From contig NW_027191487.1 of assembly GCF_011745625.1 (NCBI RefSeq), positions 62,001-126,000 on the forward strand: 64,000 bases of DNA, given 5' to 3'. This DNA is from Cladosporium halotolerans. Taxonomy: Eukaryota. Position 1 is the first letter of the stretch, and every line of letters starts with the position of its first letter. The translations under genes were made by a program, and so were the position numbers. Of the stretch, positions 21,430 through 32,801 are shown piece by piece. Under the pieces are notes generated by a model. The model saw only the letters and a list, made by a program, of their open reading frames with translations. It did no database searches and was not told the DNA's origin.

Positions 21430-21465
21430 ATGACATACGCTGCCTTGTATTTCGACCATGGCTAG
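21430..21465 (+). promoter_or_regulatory. Out-of-frame uORF overlapping the REV3 start codon
   Basis: aagatcATG ACA TAC GCT GCC TTG TAT TTC GAC CAT GGC TAG; its stop lies downstream of the REV3 ATG at 21458. Confidence 0.6.
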
Positions 21466-24400
21466 GAGCGCAGAAACGTTCCGCGTCAGGCTCAACTGCG
21501 TGGATCACTACCAGAATGCTCCAGGACCACTGGATCCGCCCCTCTGGGGGCCTTTGAGCGCGACTTCGAGTCAGCGAAGCAACCTACCGCAGGTGCCAGT
21601 GATACGCATATTTGGCGCGACTGAAACTGGGCAGAAAGTCTGCATGCACATCCACGGCGCATTTCCTTACCTATTCATCCCGTATACGGAGCCGCTCGAC
21701 AAGTACACCGTCGACGCGTACATCAACACCCTTCGCCATTCAATCGATCATGCGCTCGCGCTCTCCTACCGTCGTAACCCTTACGATAATCCGCGCAACT
21801 CCTCCTTTGTTGCACACATCAGCCTGGTCAAGGGCGTCCCGTTCTTTGGATACAATGTTGGATACAGCTACTATCTCAAGATCTACCTTCTAAACCCGCT
21901 GCACATGACACGGTTCTCGGACTTGCTGCAGCAGGGTGCGATCTTGAGGAAAGTGTTCCAGCCCTACGAAGCGCATCTGCAATACTTGCTACAATGGATG
22001 TGCGACTTCAACTTGTACGGCTGCGCGTACATCGAGTGCGACAAGCCGCGGTTCCGGGAGCCGGTACCGTTGTGGGAAGAGTTGGATGAGTTGACACATC
22101 TCTGGCATGATCGGTCGGTCAAGAAAGAGCAGATGCTGGACGAGTCGCAATTTCCTCGGCAGAGTCACTGCCAGCTTGAGCTTGACATACGGGTAGAAGA
22201 CATTCTCAACCGGGATGAGGTCCAGGCGAGGCCGTTGCATCACAGCTTCATCGAGCGACTCAGCTCGCTTGAGAACTTACCTCCTGAGGAAAAGCTTGTG
22301 CATTCGATGGCCGGGCTGTGGAAGGATGAAACACGCAGGCGCAAGCTACGGATGGGCTTGGTTGATCCCACTTCGTCTCCGTTCCCACCTGAGGTGCTTG
22401 TGAGCATGAGTGCAGATCCTAGAAATGACAGTAAAGGCGGCTGGATTCACGAGGACGAGTTTCGTGAGACGATTAATGAGTTGGTAGCCGAGGAACGTAA
22501 GGCGAGGGGTGGTGGCGATATCACGTTTGAGGCCTTCGAAGCAACAAAACAGGCAAACGATAGTGTGCCGACTGTTTTGGACAGCGTCACCGACCTCTTT
22601 CACGTCACCCTTGAGTCCAAATGGAACCGGAAGGAAGATGCAGATACGGGCAGGGGTACCAGTTTCGATCTTCCACAGGCCTCGAGACATGAAGACGATG
22701 CACTAGTAGATCTAGGAACAATAGAACAGCTCGCTGGCGAAGATGAATACGAGTCTGATGAAGAGACTGCGAAGACGAGAGCACTCACCCAGCGGCAAAA
22801 GCTTTCGGAAGCTGGCATTGATGGCGCAATGGGTGAAGCGAAAGTCCCTGGTCATCCACAAGACATAGAAGCCGCAGCCGAGCAAATGGACGAAATGGAT
22901 GTGCCTTCGGAGACTGTACAACATGCAAACGGCCATGGTCTCAAACGCCGAGCTCAGGCCAATGGAGAGAACCAGACCGAGTCCGGCCGAAAGGAGCTGG
23001 AGTCGAACAATGCACTTACAAAATCGAATGGTTTTCGCGTCCAAGATGCCAAAAGACAGAAGACGATGGGTGATGGCAAAGATGTTGTGGAACGACCGAA
23101 AGCAAATATTATCACGGAGCCCATGCCGCCACCGTCAGGTCAACCACCAAAATTATCGCAGCGGTCATCTTCTTCGCAGTCAGAGAAGCTGAGCTTTCCC
23201 TTGGTCAAAGACCCACATGATCCCGACACCCAGCTTCGACTGAGCCAACGTAATGGCGATCATTCCACAACACCTAGGACGACGACATCGCCCGTAAAAC
23301 AAAGGGCTAAAGAGTCGTCCAATACTTCCTTTAGCTCTATACACACAACATCTTCCGATGCCACAATCACCCCAGCAAGCCATTCCGGATCATTTTTGAG
23401 CTCAAAGGCAATATCGAGTTACGCCCAATCTTTCTGCCGTGAAGGTCACGGCCTCCACCTCATGTTGGGTCAAGCAGCCCCGAAGTTCGACGAGGTTGAA
23501 CGCACCGTCACTCCTTCTGTTGTATACCAGGATGCCTACTACAGCAATGAGATCGACGTGCCCGAACGTCCACGCGAATACGCCGGCCAAGAGTTCAGGC
23601 TCGAAAGCATAACCCTGCCTTTCCTTCCCGAGTTTGACAGGCATTGCACGCCCGTTCCCAGCAAATCATGGCCTTTCGAGAAATCAAAGCAGGAGCTAAT
23701 AGACCAGCGACGGTCACGTCAATGTTCTCTTAGAACCTGGGAGATCAAACGAGCTCCGCCTTCTTTTGACGAAGTCCAGAGATGGATGCAGTCAGAGCAG
23801 TTAGTTGAGAGAGACACGCTGGAAGATCTGGAAGTAGACGGACCTCCAGCAAAGCAGATCAAGCGGAAGAATCGACCAGCGCCAGAGCTGTCCCAGATTG
23901 ACGGCCCGACACAAAAGAACAAACACGGCTTCAAGTTCTCCCAGCGCAAAGCGAGCACTAGTGTGCAGCATCAGACTGGTTACATGTCCACGATGAGCCT
24001 CGAGGTTCATGTCAATACTCGCGCTGATTTCTCGCCTGATCCAGAGAAAGACGAGGTCAGCATGGTCGTTTGGTGTCTTGCGGACGAACAATTGGATCAG
24101 GAGGCAAAACTCGGCATTGTGGTGTTGAGCAATCCCAAAGACAGTTCGCTAGTTGACAGAATCCGCCGTATCGTGGGAGGTACCGTCCAGATCGACGAGG
24201 AAGACGATGAGCTTGACCTCTTCAACCGCATGGTCGACGTTGTTCGTTCTCACGATCCTGACATTCTGACCGGTTATGAAGTGCACAATAGCAGCTGGGG
24301 CTATCTGATCGAGCGCGCAAGGCTACAGTACGAGTTCAACCTGCCCGACGAATTCTCCCGCATGAAGTCGCAGTCCCATGGTCGCTTTGGCAAAGACGCC

Positions 24401-26533
24401 GATCGCTGGGGCTTCACCCACACATCGACCGTTCGTATTACTGGTCGGCACACCATCAACATTTGGAGGGCTATGAGGTCAGAACTCAATCTGCTGCAGT
24501 ACACCATGGAGAACGTTGTCTTCCACGTACTGCACAGACGAATCCCACATTACCCATTCGCCACCCTTACCAAATGGTTTCGCAGCGAAAAGCCTCGAGA
24601 CCTGGCTAAAGCACTCGACTACTTCATCACCCGGACCCAACTCGACCTGGAAATCCTCGATGCCAACGAACTTATTCCCAGAACATCCGAGCAAGCCCGC
24701 CTGTTGGGCGTCGATTTCTTTTCTGTCTTCAGCCGAGGCTCGCAGTTTAAAGTCGAATCACTCATGTTCCGCATCGCGAAACCAGAGTCTTTTGTCCTCG
24801 TCTCTCCATCACGGAAACAAGTAGGCGCACAGAACGCCCTTGAATGCTTACCGCTCGTCATGGAGCCCATGTCATCCTTCTACACCAGCCCGTTGCTCGT
24901 CTTGGACTTTCAGAGCTTGTACCCCAGTGTGATGATCGCTTACAACTACTGCTACTCTACATGCCTCGGCCGCATCACCAACTGGCGCGGCACAAACAAG
25001 ATGGGGTTCGCGGACTTCAAGCGCTCCCCCGGCCTTCTGGAGCTCGTCAAAGACAAAGTCAACATCTCGCCGAACGGCATGATGTACGTCAAGCCCGAGA
25101 TGCGCAAATCTCTGCTGGCGAAAATGCTCGGCGAGATCCTCGAGACGCGCGTGATGGTCAAGAGCGGGATGAAAGTCGACAAAGATGACAAGACGCTGCA
25201 GCAGCTGCTCAACAATCGACAACTAGCTCTCAAACTAATTGCCAATGTCACCTACGGCTACACGTCCGCCAGCTTCAGCGGCCGCATGCCGTGCTCGGAA
25301 ATTGCAGACTCGATCGTACAGACGGGCCGCGAGACGCTCGAGAAAGCCATCGCGCTGATCCACTCCGTCGAGCGCTGGGGCGCCGAAGTCGTTTACGGCG
25401 ACACGGACAGCCTGTTCGTATACCTCAAAGGCCGCTCGCGCGACGACGCTTTCAAGATCGGCGACGAGATCTCGCAAGCCGTGACAGATATGAACCCGCG
25501 ACCCGTCAAGCTCAAGTTCGAGAAAGTCTACCACCCGTGCGTGCTGCTCGCGAAGAAGCGCTATGTCGGCTTCAAGTACGAATCACCCAGCCAGAAGGAG
25601 CCCGAGTTCGACGCGAAAGGTATTGAAACAGTGCGTCGCGACGGCACGCCCGCAGAGCAGAAGATCGAAGAGAAGGCGCTCAAGCTGCTCTTCCGAACCT
25701 CCGATCTCAGCGAGGTGAAACGATACTTCCAAGCACAGTGCACAAAGATCATGACCGGCCGCTTCAGCGTGCAAGATTTCTGCTTTGCGAAGGAAGTCAA
25801 GCTGGGCACGTACTCTGACAAAGGACCGGCGCCGCCCGGGGCTCTCATTGCGACCAAACGCATGCTCAAAGACCCGCGCCTTGAGCCACAATATGGCGAG
25901 CGCGTGCCGTACGTCGTGATCGCTGGAGCGCCAGGCGCGCGGCTGTTCGAGCGCTGCGTCGAGCCGGAAAGGTTAATCAACGAAGAGCATGCAGAGTTGG
26001 ACGCTGAGTACTACATCTCGAAGAACTTGATTCCGCCTCTCGAGCGCATCTTCAATCTCGTCGGCGCGAATGTGCGGCAGTGGTACGACGAGATGCCGAA
26101 GGTGCAGCGCATCCGGCTTTTGGGAGGGCCGAGGGATGGCGAGGCTGGGCTTGGGAAGAAGAAGACTATGGAGAGCTACATGGGCTCGTCGTTGTGCGTG
26201 GTCTGCCGCGATCGACTGGAGGCCAACCCGCGCGATCCGGCGCCGCTACCACTTTGCCGTGTCTGTCGATTTGAGCGGCCGCAGGAGACTCTGCTTGCTT
26301 TACGGCGAAAGATTCGGAAGGCAGAGATGCGCAATCGTGATTTGGAAGACGTTTGCAGGAGCTGTGCTGGTTTGGCTTTTGGTGAGACAGTCAAGTGCGA
26401 CAGCAGAGATTGTCCGGTGTTTTACAGTCGGGTGAAGGGAAGGACGATGTTGGGTGTTGTGAGTAATGGCCTTGGGAGGGTGTTGGAGGGTTTGGAGGGT
26501 AAGATGGCGAAAACGGAGGACTTTGAGTGGTGA
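21458..26533 (+). CDS. REV3: DNA polymerase zeta catalytic subunit, 1691 aa, intronless
   Basis: PVIRIFG...HIHGAFPY N-terminus, PYEAHLQYLLQWMCDFNLYGC, SQIDGPTQK, B-family motifs LDFQSLYPS, KLIANVTYGY, YGDTDSLF, C-terminal Cys clusters (CVVC...CRVC; CRSC...CDSRDC). Confidence 0.97.
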   Translation: MARSAETFRVRLNCVDHYQNAPGPLDPPLWGPLSATSSQRSNLPQVPVIRIFGATETGQKVCMHIHGAFPYLFIPYTEPLDKYTVDAYINTLRHSIDHALALSYRRNPYDNPRNSSFVAHISLVKGVPFFGYNVGYSYYLKIYLLNPLHMTRFSDLLQQGAILRKVFQPYEAHLQYLLQWMCDFNLYGCAYIECDKPRFREPVPLWEELDELTHLWHDRSVKKEQMLDESQFPRQSHCQLELDIRVEDILNRDEVQARPLHHSFIERLSSLENLPPEEKLVHSMAGLWKDETRRRKLRMGLVDPTSSPFPPEVLVSMSADPRNDSKGGWIHEDEFRETINELVAEERKARGGGDITFEAFEATKQANDSVPTVLDSVTDLFHVTLESKWNRKEDADTGRGTSFDLPQASRHEDDALVDLGTIEQLAGEDEYESDEETAKTRALTQRQKLSEAGIDGAMGEAKVPGHPQDIEAAAEQMDEMDVPSETVQHANGHGLKRRAQANGENQTESGRKELESNNALTKSNGFRVQDAKRQKTMGDGKDVVERPKANIITEPMPPPSGQPPKLSQRSSSSQSEKLSFPLVKDPHDPDTQLRLSQRNGDHSTTPRTTTSPVKQRAKESSNTSFSSIHTTSSDATITPASHSGSFLSSKAISSYAQSFCREGHGLHLMLGQAAPKFDEVERTVTPSVVYQDAYYSNEIDVPERPREYAGQEFRLESITLPFLPEFDRHCTPVPSKSWPFEKSKQELIDQRRSRQCSLRTWEIKRAPPSFDEVQRWMQSEQLVERDTLEDLEVDGPPAKQIKRKNRPAPELSQIDGPTQKNKHGFKFSQRKASTSVQHQTGYMSTMSLEVHVNTRADFSPDPEKDEVSMVVWCLADEQLDQEAKLGIVVLSNPKDSSLVDRIRRIVGGTVQIDEEDDELDLFNRMVDVVRSHDPDILTGYEVHNSSWGYLIERARLQYEFNLPDEFSRMKSQSHGRFGKDADRWGFTHTSTVRITGRHTINIWRAMRSELNLLQYTMENVVFHVLHRRIPHYPFATLTKWFRSEKPRDLAKALDYFITRTQLDLEILDANELIPRTSEQARLLGVDFFSVFSRGSQFKVESLMFRIAKPESFVLVSPSRKQVGAQNALECLPLVMEPMSSFYTSPLLVLDFQSLYPSVMIAYNYCYSTCLGRITNWRGTNKMGFADFKRSPGLLELVKDKVNISPNGMMYVKPEMRKSLLAKMLGEILETRVMVKSGMKVDKDDKTLQQLLNNRQLALKLIANVTYGYTSASFSGRMPCSEIADSIVQTGRETLEKAIALIHSVERWGAEVVYGDTDSLFVYLKGRSRDDAFKIGDEISQAVTDMNPRPVKLKFEKVYHPCVLLAKKRYVGFKYESPSQKEPEFDAKGIETVRRDGTPAEQKIEEKALKLLFRTSDLSEVKRYFQAQCTKIMTGRFSVQDFCFAKEVKLGTYSDKGPAPPGALIATKRMLKDPRLEPQYGERVPYVVIAGAPGARLFERCVEPERLINEEHAELDAEYYISKNLIPPLERIFNLVGANVRQWYDEMPKVQRIRLLGGPRDGEAGLGKKKTMESYMGSSLCVVCRDRLEANPRDPAPLPLCRVCRFERPQETLLALRRKIRKAEMRNRDLEDVCRSCAGLAFGETVKCDSRDCPVFYSRVKGRTMLGVVSNGLGRVLEGLEGKMAKTEDFEW

Positions 26534-26689
26534 TAGATAATACTCAAATAGCGCTGGCCGCGCACAATATGATCCAATGTTCTTCTGACAATTTCTGTGT
26601 CTATGCCCATCTCATGATCTAATCATCCAACCAAACAACCTACTCGTCAACTCCGCAACACCTTCGCTAAAACCATCCCCTTCCAACCC

Positions 26690-27718
26690 TCACAAAAACT
26701 TCTCAACCTCCCCCCTCTCATACCCAAGCACATGCACAACATCCAACAAACTCTCGCCATTCAACCTCGCCGGCGCCGCCAACTGCACCTTCGGCTTCGC
26801 ATTGAACGCCACCCCCAACCCCGCCGCCCCCATCATAAGCAAATCATTACTCCCATCGCCGACCGCCACACACCTCTCGGCCGGAATCCCATTCTCCCCC
26901 GCCAACCTCAGCAACAACTCCCTCTTCTTCTCCGCGTGAATGATCGGCATCCCCTCCACCAACTCCCCCGTCAACACCCCCCTCCCCTCGTCCGCAACAA
27001 GGTGATTAGCAAACGCATAGTCCAGCCCCAGCGTCTCCTTGACCCACACAGCAAGCGGCGTGAACCCGCCGCTCAGCACCGCCGTCTTCCACCCCAGGCC
27101 CCTGAGCACCTTCACCAGCTCCGCCGCCCCCGGCGTGAAAGAGATAACGCCCTTCTTGAGATCCTCCCAGACGCCGACGGGCACGCCGCGCAGCAGGCCG
27201 ACGCGCGCGCGCAAGCTGGCTTCGAAATCCGCGTACGGCGCCTCGCCGCGCATCGCCGCCTCGGTGATGGCCGCGACCTGGTCGTAGCAGCCGACGGCGC
27301 GCGCCAGCTCGTCGATGACCTCCTGCTGGATGAGGGTGGAGTCCATGTCGAAGACGGCGAGGCCCGGCTGGGAGTGCGAGCGGTAGAGTTCGAGGGGCTG
27401 CAAGACGAGGTTCCAGGAGTTCTGGGCCTGTAGGGCGGCGAGAGCGGGGGAATGAGTGGCTGCTGTGCATTCTGGGAGGGAGGGAGAGGGGCCGGTGGTG
27501 GGGAGGGTGAGTTCGAGGACGCGGGCGGTGGTGGCGGAGGCGTCGAGGTAGCGGGTGGTTGTGGCTGTTGTTGGGGTGAGAGTGGGGAAGAGGGGTTGCA
27601 GGGCCGTGGTGAGGTTGCTGGTGATTGACTGCAGGGGGTCATCGTTTTGGATTTGGAGGGCGGTTTTGCAGAAGATTAGGGCGACAAGGCCGGTTTGAGG
27701 GGTGGTGGTCGATGCCAT
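26690..27718 (-). CDS. SER2: Phosphoserine phosphatase (HAD family, SerB-like)
   Basis: LAVFDMDSTLIQQEVIDE, ITEAAMRGE..DFEASLRARV, LSGGF, FAN, VGDGSNDLLM, AFNAKPKVQ. Confidence 0.93.
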   Translation of the reverse strand: MASTTTPQTGLVALIFCKTALQIQNDDPLQSITSNLTTALQPLFPTLTPTTATTTRYLDASATTARVLELTLPTTGPSPSLPECTAATHSPALAALQAQNSWNLVLQPLELYRSHSQPGLAVFDMDSTLIQQEVIDELARAVGCYDQVAAITEAAMRGEAPYADFEASLRARVGLLRGVPVGVWEDLKKGVISFTPGAAELVKVLRGLGWKTAVLSGGFTPLAVWVKETLGLDYAFANHLVADEGRGVLTGELVEGMPIIHAEKKRELLLRLAGENGIPAERCVAVGDGSNDLLMMGAAGLGVAFNAKPKVQLAAPARLNGESLLDVVHVLGYERGEVEKFL

Positions 27719-28069
27719 TGTTGGTGGCGTTGAGGGCCAGTCCGGTTGGGGCTTGTGATTCCTGAGGGCTAGCCTATAGATCTAGATTTTTTGTGACCGA
27801 GCACGACTTTAGATCCCAGTATGAACGTTGTTGCTTGTCAATCTCAAACTCGCTCAACTGGTGAGGTTGCTCATAACTTGAGATTCATCTTTTCCCCAAA
27901 ACTCCGAAAATTTCCCGAAGTCGGAAGTTCACTGACCGTACACATGTCGTTTACATGTAATCAGGCACATTTTCAACGATAGTTTTGAACAGACGAGCAG
28001 TTCTAGAGGAGCGCAGTAAACGAGAAAGTCAAATCTCAAATTTGATTCGCCTCATAGTCAACACTGAAA

Positions 28070-30494
28070 TTAACTTCCCCCCCGCTCCGCCCAAACCCCC
28101 CTCGCGCCCTCCCCCAACACAACCAGTTCTCCCAACCCCCTAACAAAAACCCCATCGAGCTTCAAAAGCGCCAAATTCAACAAATCGCAACTGCGGCTCT
28201 TAACCCTCAGCGCTGCGCGCCAGTTCTCTAGCAGATCCAGACACTCGCGGGCGTGCTGGAATTTGTCCGGCGAGGAAAGCGTGGTGGGGGCGGAGACGAA
28301 GAGGTGCAGGAGGAAAGAGGAGGCGAGGGTGAAGTTTGTGCGGGAATCTGTTGGCGTCGTTAGTAATCAGATGGTGATTTCTTGTTTCTATAGTTGAAGG
28401 ACGACGGGAGAACTTACAACTCGCCCAAAAGGCCTCCAACTCCCTCGCGCTCAGCCCGTCCACGAACTCCAGCACCTCGCGCCCAACAGCCAGGGCGCCA
28501 GCGCGCAGGGCCTGCACGGCCGTGGCCCCGTTGGCGTCTTCGACGCGCGGACGGAGCATGGCGCGGAAGAGCTCGATTTTCGCCGTGATGAACGCCAAGT
28601 GCAGACTCCCATTCCCGTCGAGCTGGTGCAGAGCAGAGTGCAGCGGAGGTTTGAGCGGGCGGGCAGAGTTTTCAGGGCTGGCGGGGAGGGACGGGGAGAG
28701 AGGGAGTTTGAGGCCGGGGGGCAGGTGGGCGTGCCATTCTGTGAGGCGGATGCGGAGGGGTTTGGCGACGTCGATGGTAGCCTCGAGGGAGTGTTGGAGC
28801 TGACGCGTGGCGCGGAGGGAGAAGAGGTCTGAGAGGATCTCGGAGACGATGAGGGTTAGTGAGCAGAGGTGGAGGAAGTGCGCGGTGCCGGAAAGGTTGT
28901 CGGAAACGAGGGCGCGGTCGGCTTCTTCGAAGTCGTAGTCGGTCAGTGGGGAGACGTCCCAGTCGTCGGGGCTGATGTGGCTACTGCGGCCAGAGTTCAG
29001 GGCAAGCCATTTGTCTTGAACAAAGGTTGCCCATGCGAGGCGGCGGCGGAGCTGCACTTCCCAGATCGGAAGGGGCCATTTGGACGGGTCACGGTTGATG
29101 CCGAGTGTCTGCGCGATTGCGACTGCGGAAGTCATCATGATCCACTTAAAAGGGGTGTCAGAAACGTGCTTGTTGGTGGGTCGCCGCTGAACTAGGAGAA
29201 GCATTGTTTGGAGAACAGCCAGAGAAGGCGTGTGCAATTCAGGTTGGCAGGCGAGCCAGGCGAGGCGGAATAGGGCATCAGCAGAAGGTGGCGTGTAAAC
29301 ATCGACGCACAGTCGTTCATCCCAGGCGCAGAATGGCAGAGCGTGTCCGTAGATGGCTGCGAGTATGCAGGTAGGTACACTGCTGGGTTCGCAGATGCCA
29401 TTCTCATCCAACTGCCAATGGCTTCGACTTAGTACAGGAAAGTAGGGTTGTACGAATTTGTAGAAAAGCACGATCAATCGTTTGCCGACGTCGTTGCCGA
29501 CCATGTCCTCGACTTCTCGACGATACTGCTCTAAGACTTCCCATCGTTCGGGAGGCTGCGCTTTGGACGTCATGGCATTGTGCTGGATGGCGAAATACGT
29601 GGGCAAATCCCCTTGAGCGTTGTCAAGACCACACATTTGGCGCACTCGGATGCGTTGGAAAGAAGCTTCATTGTGTCGGTCGAAATGATACCGCGACAAC
29701 AGGTATGGGTCAGACTCGCCGCTCAAGCCTACCATCTGTGCATTGGAGGAAGCTTGGTGATCCAGTGATGCCTCACCAGTAGTGCTCTCAAATGGCAGCT
29801 GCAGATGCAAGGGAAGCGTAACCGACTGCTGAGAAGGCGTCGTATCGAACGAACTTTGTGCTTTTGGTATAGGTGCAGGCATGTTCTCTAGAGCGGGATC
29901 TGTCGTGCTGTTGGACATGTGATTGAATGGTTCAAACTGCATGGACGGTTCTCGATACAGTGCTGGATCGTATGCGGCAAAGTCAACCGGCGGAGGTATG
30001 CTCATTTGTGGCATTGGGTATGGGGGTGGCATGTTCCCTTCCCAGCCCATGAGCTCCGGCTGCATGTCCAGTCCATCCGCCACTATGGGACCATTCGCGA
30101 ACGGGTGGTTGTCCTGCGGTTTCGCGTCGTGACCTCCATTCTGCTTTTGTCGCTGAGTCTCGGGACTGGTATCGTTTGGTCGTCGTCGCTTGGCGGGCGA
30201 CTCCACAAAAGTGCATTCCTTGTTGTACCTCGAGCACAACTCGCAAGGCGGCTGGTTGTCCAGGTGGCAGGCGGCCTTCTTGTAGCGACAGAAATCGCAA
30301 GGTCGCTTGTTCCGCGACTTGTACGCTCTCGCCCGATCGGTGTCGGGCTGCGGTCGGGCGTGCTGGGCGGGCGGCACAGGGATCGGCGTTGGCGCGTTCG
30401 GCAGGGTGGGAGGGATGTGATAGGGAGGGATGTGCTGGTGCTGCATGGGCGCGGAGCCGAAGGAGTGCATGTTGGGTATGTGAGGATTCTCCAT
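28070..30494 (-). CDS. Zn2Cys6 transcription factor of the Dal81/TamA-like group; intron 28417-28348
   Basis: YKSRNKRPCDFCRYKKAAC......PCELC......CTF cluster; VGLSGESDPYLL; LGINRDP..W...RRRLAWA....DKW. Intron GTAAGT...CTAAC...CAG gives FWASYSRTNF...WRAALRVKS..., TAA at 28072-28070. TF call is firm; subfamily is from recalled motifs. Confidence 0.88.
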
Positions 30495-30959
30495 GCTGGC
30501 GACGGCGATCGGCTGAGGTCTTGCGCGAACTGCAGGCCGACGTCGCGGGCCGGGAGGTTTTGGGTAGGTAGAGAGATAGAGGTGGTAGCCGAGTGCCGGG
30601 GTGTGTGGTCGGGCGTGTCAGCACCTGAGCACCTGAAGCTCCTCACGGGTGGTAAGCTGTTACGTGACGCGATCCTCCTGTCTCTCATCTATCGCAACCC
30701 CACTGCCATCGGATGCGGCTACCATTCTCGATCCTTGCGACGCGGGGAAAAAGCTGCCGAAGGAGGCCGAGTACGGGGTTTTGCCGGAGGATGGAGGGAA
30801 TCGGGGAGGAGAGGGGAGGGTGTTGCTGATCGCAGGGGAGTGTTGCCTGGCGGACTCAGGCGGGCGATTGATGACTGAGGCTCGAGAACAGCGAGACACA
30901 CGGCGTGCAGCTGATCTGATGCGATGTGATGGCGGGTGAGGGCCAATGCCGCCAATGGC

Positions 30960-31544
30960 TTATCGCGTATCGCCCGCACGACTCGCGTTGTTGTTTCTCC
31001 GCCCTCGCGCCCACGTGTCTGTGCCGCCAGGCTGGGCGTAGGTAAGTACTGGGGTGGAGACAAGACGGCGAAAGCAAAAGCCGAGGCCAATTCCCGCTTT
31101 TGCCTGAATGAAGACGAGATAATCTCGCATCTCGTCTTTGATACCACTCGGGAACACGAGCCAATCGTCGGACATGTGATTCTCTCTTATCGATAACCTT
31201 AGATGCCTGCACTTCCAGGGTTTGGTGAAGTAGTTCCGGCCAGCGAGTTTGCCGCGGCCAGACACCGGCGGACATGTTGGCCGATGGTTGACTTGAATAG
31301 CATCAGTTACACCTACTTCACTCCTAAGCTGATATTCTGATAGTTCTTATCGCCTCGAGGATCCACCCAAGTTAGGCTTCTCAATCACAGCACAGCTTTC
31401 CATCACAGTAGCACTCCCCGACTCACGCTTCGCCCCAACAGGCCTCGAATATTAGACCTTCAACATCAGACGGTCGTCACCAAGAACTTCAAACAACCTG
31501 ACAAAAGCCTGTCGACTCTGGCTACGCACGACTCATAGCGATAA
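30960..31544. promoter_or_regulatory. Cluster of HGATAR (AreA/NIT2-type GATA) sites in the bidirectional promoter between the TF and DCG1
   Basis: Sites at 30960(-), 31117(+), 31187(-)/31191(+) forming palindrome TTATCGATAA, 31338(+), 31347(-), 31539(+); one more at 30689(-). Confidence 0.6.
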
Positions 31545-31567
31545 AATCCTCACGGCTGATCCGAACA

Positions 31568-32350
31568 ATGACTTCCAACAACCCCCAAATCCGCATCCTC
31601 CTCGTAAACCCCAACTCCACCCCCTCCATGACAGCCACCTGCATCAACCAAATCACCCCCACCCTCCCACCCGACGTCGCTCTCCACCCCTTCACAGCCC
31701 CCCACCCCTCCCCAACAGCAATCGAATCGCAAACCGACGCCGTCCTCTCCTCCGCCGCCTCCTTCCGCGCCCTCCTGCCCCTCCTCCAAACCCACCAAGA
31801 AGCCAACCAGCCCATCTCCGCGATCCTCGTCGCCTGCTACTCCGACCACCCGCTCATCCGCATGCTGCGGGAGGAATTCTCCCTGCCCTGCGTCGGCATA
31901 ATGGAAGCGTCGCTCTTCTACGCCCGCACCCTCGGCGTTCGAATCGGAATCGTAGCAACGTCAGGCCGCTCGGCGATCGCGCACTGGGACTCCGTGAGAC
32001 GATACGGGTTTGGAGACTCCTGCGCTGGAATCCGCGCCGTCGAGCTGGGAGTGCTAGAGCTGGAATCGCTGCCTAGGGCGGACGTGCTAGCGCGGATGGG
32101 AGGGGTGGCGCGGAAGTTGGTAGAGGAGGACGGGGCGGATGTGTTGACTTTGGGGTGCGCGGGGATGGCGGATATGAAGGAGGCGGTTGAGGTGGCGGTG
32201 GAGGGGATGGGCGTGCAGGTTGTTGATGGGGTGGTGGCGGGGGTGCAGCATTTGGTTGGCGTCGTGAGGATGGGAGGGCGGACGGCGAAGAGGGGGGTTT
32301 GGAGGAGTAGTCGGGTGGCGAGGGAGAGGAGGGGGCAGGACTATGTTTGA
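31568..32350 (+). CDS. DCG1: Asp/Glu/hydantoin racemase family protein (DCG1/allantoin racemase-like)
   Basis: RILLVNPNSTPSMT, ILVACYSDHPL, GIMEAS, TLGCAGM (both catalytic Cys present), VVDGVVAG. Confidence 0.9.
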   Translation: MTSNNPQIRILLVNPNSTPSMTATCINQITPTLPPDVALHPFTAPHPSPTAIESQTDAVLSSAASFRALLPLLQTHQEANQPISAILVACYSDHPLIRMLREEFSLPCVGIMEASLFYARTLGVRIGIVATSGRSAIAHWDSVRRYGFGDSCAGIRAVELGVLELESLPRADVLARMGGVARKLVEEDGADVLTLGCAGMADMKEAVEVAVEGMGVQVVDGVVAGVQHLVGVVRMGGRTAKRGVWRSSRVARERRGQDYV

Positions 32351-32801
32351 GTGTGATTGGGTGCTCGCGATTCTCTTCTATCTGTCGATCTTTTTGTTAA
32401 CGGAAAGATCACAAAATTGTACATTTTGAGATTTCTTGAGATGTTCTTTATATGCGACTGGCTTGAGTGTTCCCTGAGGAAAAGGATCTAAGCGCTCCAG
32501 TCTAAATGGTTTTGCATACAGTATGCTGAAACCAGGTCGGACGCGGCGCCAACAAACGACCGACTTCCCGAAACGAGCGGAAGGATTCACCAACTCCGTT
32601 CTCGGAACGCCGATAAGCAGGGACTATAAAGCAGCGGAAGCACAGCACAGAAGATCTGAGTTTCTTGGACATTGGTCGAATCGGCATGAAACCCCACAAA
32701 GCACCAACCAATACCACCACTCTGCTCACCCTCCTACATCTTATTTGACAAGCCGCCATACCCGACGTACCTAAACAGCAACTCATCATATCAAGAGCAA
32801 A

